From NCBI GenBank assembly GCA_048884965.1, contig JBHLQH010000007.1, positions 1-64,000 of the forward strand: a stretch of 64,000 nucleotides of DNA, written 5' to 3'. Below, one piece after another: positions 58,700 to 64,000 of the stretch. This DNA is from Candidatus Thorarchaeota archaeon (GTDB lineage: Archaea > Asgardarchaeota > Thorarchaeia > Thorarchaeales > Thorarchaeaceae). The translations under genes and the position numbers were made by a program. How positions within the stretch are numbered: the stretch's first letter is position 1; each line of letters begins with the position of its first letter. The notes beneath the pieces were generated by a model, which made no database searches, had not been told where the DNA came from, and saw only the letters and a program-made list of their open reading frames with translations.

Positions 58700-60790
58700 C
58701 TAGCTCTGAGCTCTCTTTAGCTTCCCGTGAGTGGGATTGAACAAGATTCCTTCTGCAAGTAGCTTCTTGATTACCTCTTCCGCCCGTTCCCGGGCCAAAC
58801 CCATTGTTTCCGCACGGGTAATCAGTTCTTCTTCACTTACAATTGAAGTGCCTTCAGATTCTATATCCTTCATTGCTTTGAGAATTACATCAGATGAACT
58901 TCGTTGTGAAGAGCTCATTGTTGATACTAGTCGGTCGATGTCAATTTTTCCAGTGACACGATCAAGTGCTACCATACGAAGCGATTCTTCCATTAGTCTG
59001 ATAGCGGCCGTTGCATCTTCTTTCGTTACCTTTGAACGAAGCGCCATTTTTGCTCGTGCTTCAGATAATCGGACTAAGGCCTCAAGTTGACGAGCGGTGA
59101 TTGGAACCGGTGCTGCTCCTCCCTCAGCACTTTTGCGAAGGTTGACATAGAAATTCTCGATTTCTTCTGCGGCTTCTGAGCTTAGCTGAGGAATTACGTA
59201 TCGATTGGCATATCCGATATACTTCTTCAAAAATTCTGGAGTTATCGGTGGTGTTGATGGTTGATGAGGGGTCTTCTGCATCCGATGCATACCAAGAATG
59301 AATTGTGCCAGTTCCCTATCTTTCTCAGCTTCGACAGTATCAACGAGAATCCAAAGAAGGTCAAAACGTGATAGAATTGTGAATGGAAGTCTGATATTAT
59401 CTTGAACTGAAAGCGAATCTTCGTATCGGCCGAGAGTCGGATTTGCCGCTGCCAAGATAGAAGTTCGCGCATTCAATGTGGCTACAATTCCTGCCTTAGC
59501 TATACTGACTGTATGTTGTTCCATCGCCTCATGGATAGCAGTCCTATCGTTGGGATCCATCTTATCGAATTCATCTATGCATGCTATACCTTGATCAGCT
59601 AAAACTAATGCACCTGCTTCAAGAGTCATTGATCCGGTTTCAGAATCGTGCATCACTGCTGCAGTAAGACCTGCTGCTGATGTCCCTTTTCCAGATGTGT
59701 ATATACTTCGAGCGACTAATTTCGATACGAACTTCAAAATCTGGCTTTTCCCGGTACCAGGGTCTCCAATCATTAGAATATTCGATCGTCCTCTCAATCT
59801 TGTGCCATCAGGAAGTGTTTTTCCAACTCCTCCGAATAGAAGTAATGCTATGGATTCTTTGATGTGTTCATGACCTTGAATTGAAGGAGCTATTGATGCG
59901 AAAATGCGTTCGTGGATATACGGGTCTTCGGCCATCTTCCGAATCTCCTTTTCATCCTCTTCGGACAACTCTATCTGGTCGTACTCCTTCTCCCCAATTT
60001 CTACACCATTTGCTTGGATGAAAATGTTGAATGTAGCTAGCTTGCCTCCTCGTCTTGAGAAATCCGGAGATGTCAAGAGGGTTCCTGTTATTTTTACAAG
60101 GTCACCAGGTCTTGAGATGTCTACAATATCGCCTTCAAGGACCACATCAATAGACCGAGGCATCTGCCCAGGAGGAAGTTCTTCAGGGGATTCTTGAATT
60201 CGTACCTTCTGCCAATCTCTGAAAGATGATTTCTCAGGTATTAGCCGCACAGGGGTCTTCTTCCCACATACTGTACATTGATCAGGTTCCATATATCGTC
60301 CATCTTCCTGAGGCTGATATAGCTCCTCGCCACATCTGCGGCATTTGAATGTCGCATCGACCAACAATGGTTTAACCTCGCTGGCGCGCATCATCACTCC
60401 GCTAATTGTGATAATAGTGCCAATGTGTCGAGATCTGATGGCTCTTAATGAAACATAGTTTGGATAGTTGATGATTCTGACTTTTATCAAGCGTTCATCA
60501 ACACTTTCGACATAGTCCGGATCTTCTGTTCGAAGAACTGATCGTAGAACCGTGTCAAGAGTCTGCAAGAATTGCATAGGATTGTCCTTTGCCAACGTAC
60601 TAAACACTACATTATCAAAGGTCATTAAATCTTGGAAATCTACCCTGAGGGAAGTTGCCTCATCGATTGAAAATCGTTGAATTTTTGTCCAATATGATAG
60701 TATACCTTGTTCATCCTTGTAAGTCCGCAGGAACTCCTCGAATCGTTCCTGAGGGCCTCCCTCATAGCCTGACATGGATATCTGCCTCAA
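58700..60790 (-). CDS. mcm: Replicative helicase MCM
   Basis: Zn finger CRRC/CTVC, GDPGTGKSQ, AAGLTAA, CIDEFDKM, SRFD, ITARQLE; no intein. Confidence 0.97.
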   Translation of the reverse strand: MRQISMSGYEGGPQERFEEFLRTYKDEQGILSYWTKIQRFSIDEATSLRVDFQDLMTFDNVVFSTLAKDNPMQFLQTLDTVLRSVLRTEDPDYVESVDERLIKVRIINYPNYVSLRAIRSRHIGTIITISGVMMRASEVKPLLVDATFKCRRCGEELYQPQEDGRYMEPDQCTVCGKKTPVRLIPEKSSFRDWQKVRIQESPEELPPGQMPRSIDVVLEGDIVDISRPGDLVKITGTLLTSPDFSRRGGKLATFNIFIQANGVEIGEKEYDQIELSEEDEKEIRKMAEDPYIHERIFASIAPSIQGHEHIKESIALLLFGGVGKTLPDGTRLRGRSNILMIGDPGTGKSQILKFVSKLVARSIYTSGKGTSAAGLTAAVMHDSETGSMTLEAGALVLADQGIACIDEFDKMDPNDRTAIHEAMEQHTVSIAKAGIVATLNARTSILAAANPTLGRYEDSLSVQDNIRLPFTILSRFDLLWILVDTVEAEKDRELAQFILGMHRMQKTPHQPSTPPITPEFLKKYIGYANRYVIPQLSSEAAEEIENFYVNLRKSAEGGAAPVPITARQLEALVRLSEARAKMALRSKVTKEDATAAIRLMEESLRMVALDRVTGKIDIDRLVSTMSSSQRSSSDVILKAMKDIESEGTSIVSEEELITRAETMGLARERAEEVIKKLLAEGILFNPTHGKLKRAQS

Positions 60791-60879
60791 GACTCGTTCG
60801 GTTTAATATTGCAGTCGGCCGAACATCTACATGTATTTCATTAGTTAATCCTGTCATTGATATTTAAGCTCCTGTATGA

Positions 60880-61449
60880 CTACATGAAGAGAGTATTCTT
60901 CCAATCGGATGCTAAAACACCCAGTTCTTCACAAAGCCAGCGTTCTTCTATTGTCATATCTTTGCGTTTATCTTGATATGCTCCCGATATCGCAACTCGT
61001 AGTATTTTCGATAGCCGCTTCTGGGATATTATTCCTATTAGACGGCGTAATTTTTCGATTTCATCATACTGCTTTGGATCCAGAGATGCTCTTTCACTGC
61101 GTATTTCGATTAGCTTCTTATTGATAGCTGAATACAACAAAGGATGAATAGATTGTAATCCCTTGTGAGGGCTGTCATCTTCTGCCCTATACACGTTCTG
61201 GATATGCTGTATTGATGCATAATCCTCATTCGGATCTATCTCGATGTAGCCGTGATTTACCAAAGTGTCGATCACCCAATTCGGAAGGGCGATTTGTGAA
61301 GGAGGTGAAATTGGACCAATCTTCTTTCCCGCGATTATCATCGCGGGTATTTCTTGGATAACCGAACAAAGCCTTGTGTCGTTTGAGAATTCCATTTGTG
61401 CTCGCTCAATAATATCTCTGATAGTGCTTCTTAGATGAATCATGGTCAC
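60880..61449 (-). CDS. GINS subunit Gins23 (N-terminal B domain)
   Basis: IGP..LPNW B domain, KRLSKI, MTIEER; immediately upstream of mcm. Confidence 0.82.
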   Translation of the reverse strand: MTMIHLRSTIRDIIERAQMEFSNDTRLCSVIQEIPAMIIAGKKIGPISPPSQIALPNWVIDTLVNHGYIEIDPNEDYASIQHIQNVYRAEDDSPHKGLQSIHPLLYSAINKKLIEIRSERASLDPKQYDEIEKLRRLIGIISQKRLSKILRVAISGAYQDKRKDMTIEERWLCEELGVLASDWKNTLFM

Positions 61450-61606
61450 ACAAGTCTATGTGGTTTCGTCTATTGATAAAGACCTTACTATAGACAAAAT
61501 CAATTGAATGCCGTAATTTCAGACAAGCTTTTTAGATTATGTAATGTCCAAACATCAGAAGAGATATCCGGACGTATCTGAGATATGCTGTTGGTGGAAG
61601 AAGTAA

Positions 61607-62563
61607 ATGGAAATCGATCTATGGACAGAAAAACATAGGCCTAGCACTCTCAAAGACATTATTGGGCAAGAAGCTATCATTAGTCGTTTATCGAAGTTTG
61701 TTGAGAACAGAACTTTGCCACATTGTTTGTTTGCAGGACCTCCTGGAACTGCAAAGACTACTGCTGGAATGGCATTAGCAAAAGACCTGTTTGGAAGCTC
61801 TTTTGATAGGAATTTCATGGAGCTTAATGCAAGCGATGAGAGAGGAATAGATGTGGTCAGAAACCAAATCAAGGTGTTTGCTCGTTCTTTGCCTGCTGGA
61901 GATGCACCTTTCAAAATCCTTGTCCTTGATGAAGCAGACCACCTTACAAGCGATGCACAACATGCTCTTCGAAGAACCATGGAATCATATGCATCATCAT
62001 GTAGGATGATTCTTATTTGCAATTATTCAAGTCGCATTATCCCCCCAATCCAATCACGATGTGCCATCTTCAAATTCACTCGTTTGAAAGATGAGAATAT
62101 TGCGAGTAGACTAGATTATGTTGCAGAGAGGGAGGGTGTCAAGCTGAATGCAAAAGGGAAAGATGCGATTCTCTATTTGTCTGATGGCGATATGCGAAGC
62201 GCAATCAATCTATTGCAAGCTGCTGCTTCTACTGGACCGGTAACTGACAAAACCGTATTTGCCATATCTGGCAGAGCGGATCCAGTAAAAATCAAGGGAC
62301 TCTTAGAATCTGCATATAATGGAAAATACGATGATTCTCTTGAACATCTAAGAAATATGATATCACAAGATGGCATTTCTCCAGTTGATCTTGCAAGACA
62401 GATACATAGAGAGCTTCAACAAATGGATATTTCATCTGATTTGAAACGTGCTTCACTTGAACGTACGGCAGAAGCTGAATTCCGAATAGCAGAGGGAGCT
62501 AACGGTGAAGTTCAGCTTTCGGCTCTTCTTGCTTTTATATCGTTTAGGAAAGAAGTACAATGA
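61607..62563 (+). CDS. rfcS: Replication factor C small subunit
   Basis: WTEKHRP, ELNASDERG, LDEAD, ALRRTME, IQSRC. Confidence 0.96.
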   Translation: MEIDLWTEKHRPSTLKDIIGQEAIISRLSKFVENRTLPHCLFAGPPGTAKTTAGMALAKDLFGSSFDRNFMELNASDERGIDVVRNQIKVFARSLPAGDAPFKILVLDEADHLTSDAQHALRRTMESYASSCRMILICNYSSRIIPPIQSRCAIFKFTRLKDENIASRLDYVAEREGVKLNAKGKDAILYLSDGDMRSAINLLQAAASTGPVTDKTVFAISGRADPVKIKGLLESAYNGKYDDSLEHLRNMISQDGISPVDLARQIHRELQQMDISSDLKRASLERTAEAEFRIAEGANGEVQLSALLAFISFRKEVQ

Positions 62564-63759
62564 AGGAAGGAAGGTTACCTTGGACTGAAAGATATCGTCC
62601 ATCTACCCGGAGTGAATTGGTAGGAAATCCCGAAAGCATTGACTCCTTTCTTGATTGGATTATATCTTGGAAAAAAGGGATACCCAAAAAACGAGCAGCA
62701 TTGCTTGTAGGTCCACCAGGAACAGGGAAGACATCCTCAGTAGGAGCAATAGCTAGAGACCTCGATTATGAGATTGTTGAGTTTAATGCAAGCGATAAGC
62801 GTAACAAGGATAGTATTGAAACATTTGTATCAAGATCTGCCCTTCAGCAAACACTTACTGGCAACCCTCGTATCATTCTGCTTGATGAGGTAGATGGGCT
62901 TTCTGGCACGAGTGACAGAGGAGGGGTTAGTGCCATATTGAAGATAATCGATCAATCGGTCCACCCAATTGTTATGACTGCAAATGATCCCGACCACCCA
63001 CGCTTGAAGGATTTAGTCAAAAGTTGCCTTCTTGTCCAATTTTCTGCTCTGGATAAAGAAACCATAATTCAAGTCCTTTCAAAATTGGCACGAGAGAATT
63101 CAATCACGATATCTGAAGAAACAATTCAGATAATTGCAAGTAAATCAGCAGGGGACCTACGAGCAGCTATATCTGACTTTGAATCGATTGTCGAAGGGAA
63201 TATTTCTAGTGAGGAATTGGGAACTAGAGATGTTAGGACATCTATCGAGCAAACTCTTCGAAGATTGTTTATGACAACTGAGCCATCTGTTGCGAAGATG
63301 ATAATAAATCAGGCAGATATTGACCATGATAGCCTAGTGTTGTGGTTGGAAGAAAATTTACACCTTCATCTAGGTACTCCAACAGAGTTGAATCGGGGTC
63401 TTGATTCTCTGTCTGTTGCGGATTTGTACCTCGGGAGAATTATGCGTCAACAAAACTGGAAGCTCCTTGCTTATGTTTATGACTTTCTCTCGTCTTTTAT
63501 TGCATCAAGTAGGACGAAATCTCCATTTAGGCGTGTTGAATATTCTGAGCCTCTTTGGCCGTTGCTAATCTGGAAAGGTAGAAGAAAAAGAGACAAGAGT
63601 GATGAATTATCATCGCATTTGGCGAAAGTTGCTGGAATATCTAAAGAACGAGTGTTTGATGAATATGTGAGGACTTTAGAACGTCTTGTTGAAGAGGATC
63701 CTAAACAAAAAGAAAGAATAGTTCAATGGCTAGAAATTAAGAAAACATCTTTCCGATAG
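62560..63759 (+). CDS. rfcL: Replication factor C large subunit
   Basis: WTERYRP, GPPGTGKT, EFNASD, LDEVDGL, GDLRAAI, WLEEN. Confidence 0.95.
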   Translation: MKEGRLPWTERYRPSTRSELVGNPESIDSFLDWIISWKKGIPKKRAALLVGPPGTGKTSSVGAIARDLDYEIVEFNASDKRNKDSIETFVSRSALQQTLTGNPRIILLDEVDGLSGTSDRGGVSAILKIIDQSVHPIVMTANDPDHPRLKDLVKSCLLVQFSALDKETIIQVLSKLARENSITISEETIQIIASKSAGDLRAAISDFESIVEGNISSEELGTRDVRTSIEQTLRRLFMTTEPSVAKMIINQADIDHDSLVLWLEENLHLHLGTPTELNRGLDSLSVADLYLGRIMRQQNWKLLAYVYDFLSSFIASSRTKSPFRRVEYSEPLWPLLIWKGRRKRDKSDELSSHLAKVAGISKERVFDEYVRTLERLVEEDPKQKERIVQWLEIKKTSFR

Positions 63760-64000
63760 AGAAGGGGATTTCTGCTAGACCATCAAGCATCGTGAGGGTC
63801 CTATTGTGAAAAGATGTTTCCATTGCAATCTTCTTTCTCATCTGTGCGATGGCATTCTTACTTGGTTTTAGCCTAAATGGAATGATAGCTTCCATAAAGA
63901 CAAGTCCTTCAGGTGGAGCAGGTTCGATTCCGCCAGTAATTACATCTTCCCCGTCCAATATCTTGAGAATGCTTTCAGGCGAATAATGGCCAGCTCCAAT
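63737..64000 (-). CDS. truA: tRNA pseudouridine synthase TruA, 3' part (runs off the window)
   Basis: Frame is open to the window edge: IGAGHYSPESILKIL..IEPAPPEGLVF matches the TruA APxxGL motif. Confidence 0.7.
   Translation of the reverse strand: MGAGHYSPESILKILDGEDVITGGIEPAPPEGLVFMEAIIPFRLKPSKNAIAQMRKKIAMETSFHNRTLTMLDGLAEIPFSIGKMFS

Noticed and set aside
58700-63759. Inteins in MCM or RFC
   Set aside because: Lengths are normal and the motifs are contiguous
1-64000. Numerous short antisense or overlapping ORFs; transposases, integrases and proviral genes
   Set aside because: The short ORFs are shadows of well-supported genes, and no mobile-element hallmark protein was recognised

Overview
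This is an archaeal core-genome window, most compatible with an Asgard archaeon and probably Thorarchaeia. That assignment is inferred from the IDLSPL-type LRR proteins, the roadblock/small-GTPase module and the gene inventory. Most of the window is information-processing genes: PolD small subunit, Cdc6/Orc1 with three ORB-like boxes upstream, a Csl4-RpoL-TFS-RPA14-PCNA-PriS-GINS run, MCM-GINS23, RFC-S/L, Hel308, HerA-NurA, RNase HII, fibrillarin/Nop5, Elp3, archease, pyrG, pyrD/pyrK and S30e. It also holds a stand-alone 5S rRNA and four tRNAs. Three tRNAs have introns, two of them at non-canonical positions with bulge-helix-bulge geometry. A small accessory islet between tRNA-Leu and tRNA-Ser carries a duplicated LRR/DsrE-like unit, one copy of which has decayed. 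The two most interesting candidate systems are (1) a tightly packed cassette of a tandem-roadblock protein, a putative DENN-like protein and an MglA-type GTPase, and (2) an hdrC-hdrB-qmoA-like-qmoB-like operon ending in an unusual ~750-aa protein with two winged-helix modules and a ferredoxin domain. No CRISPR array, transposase or integrase was seen. All product calls come from motif recognition only; no searches were run.
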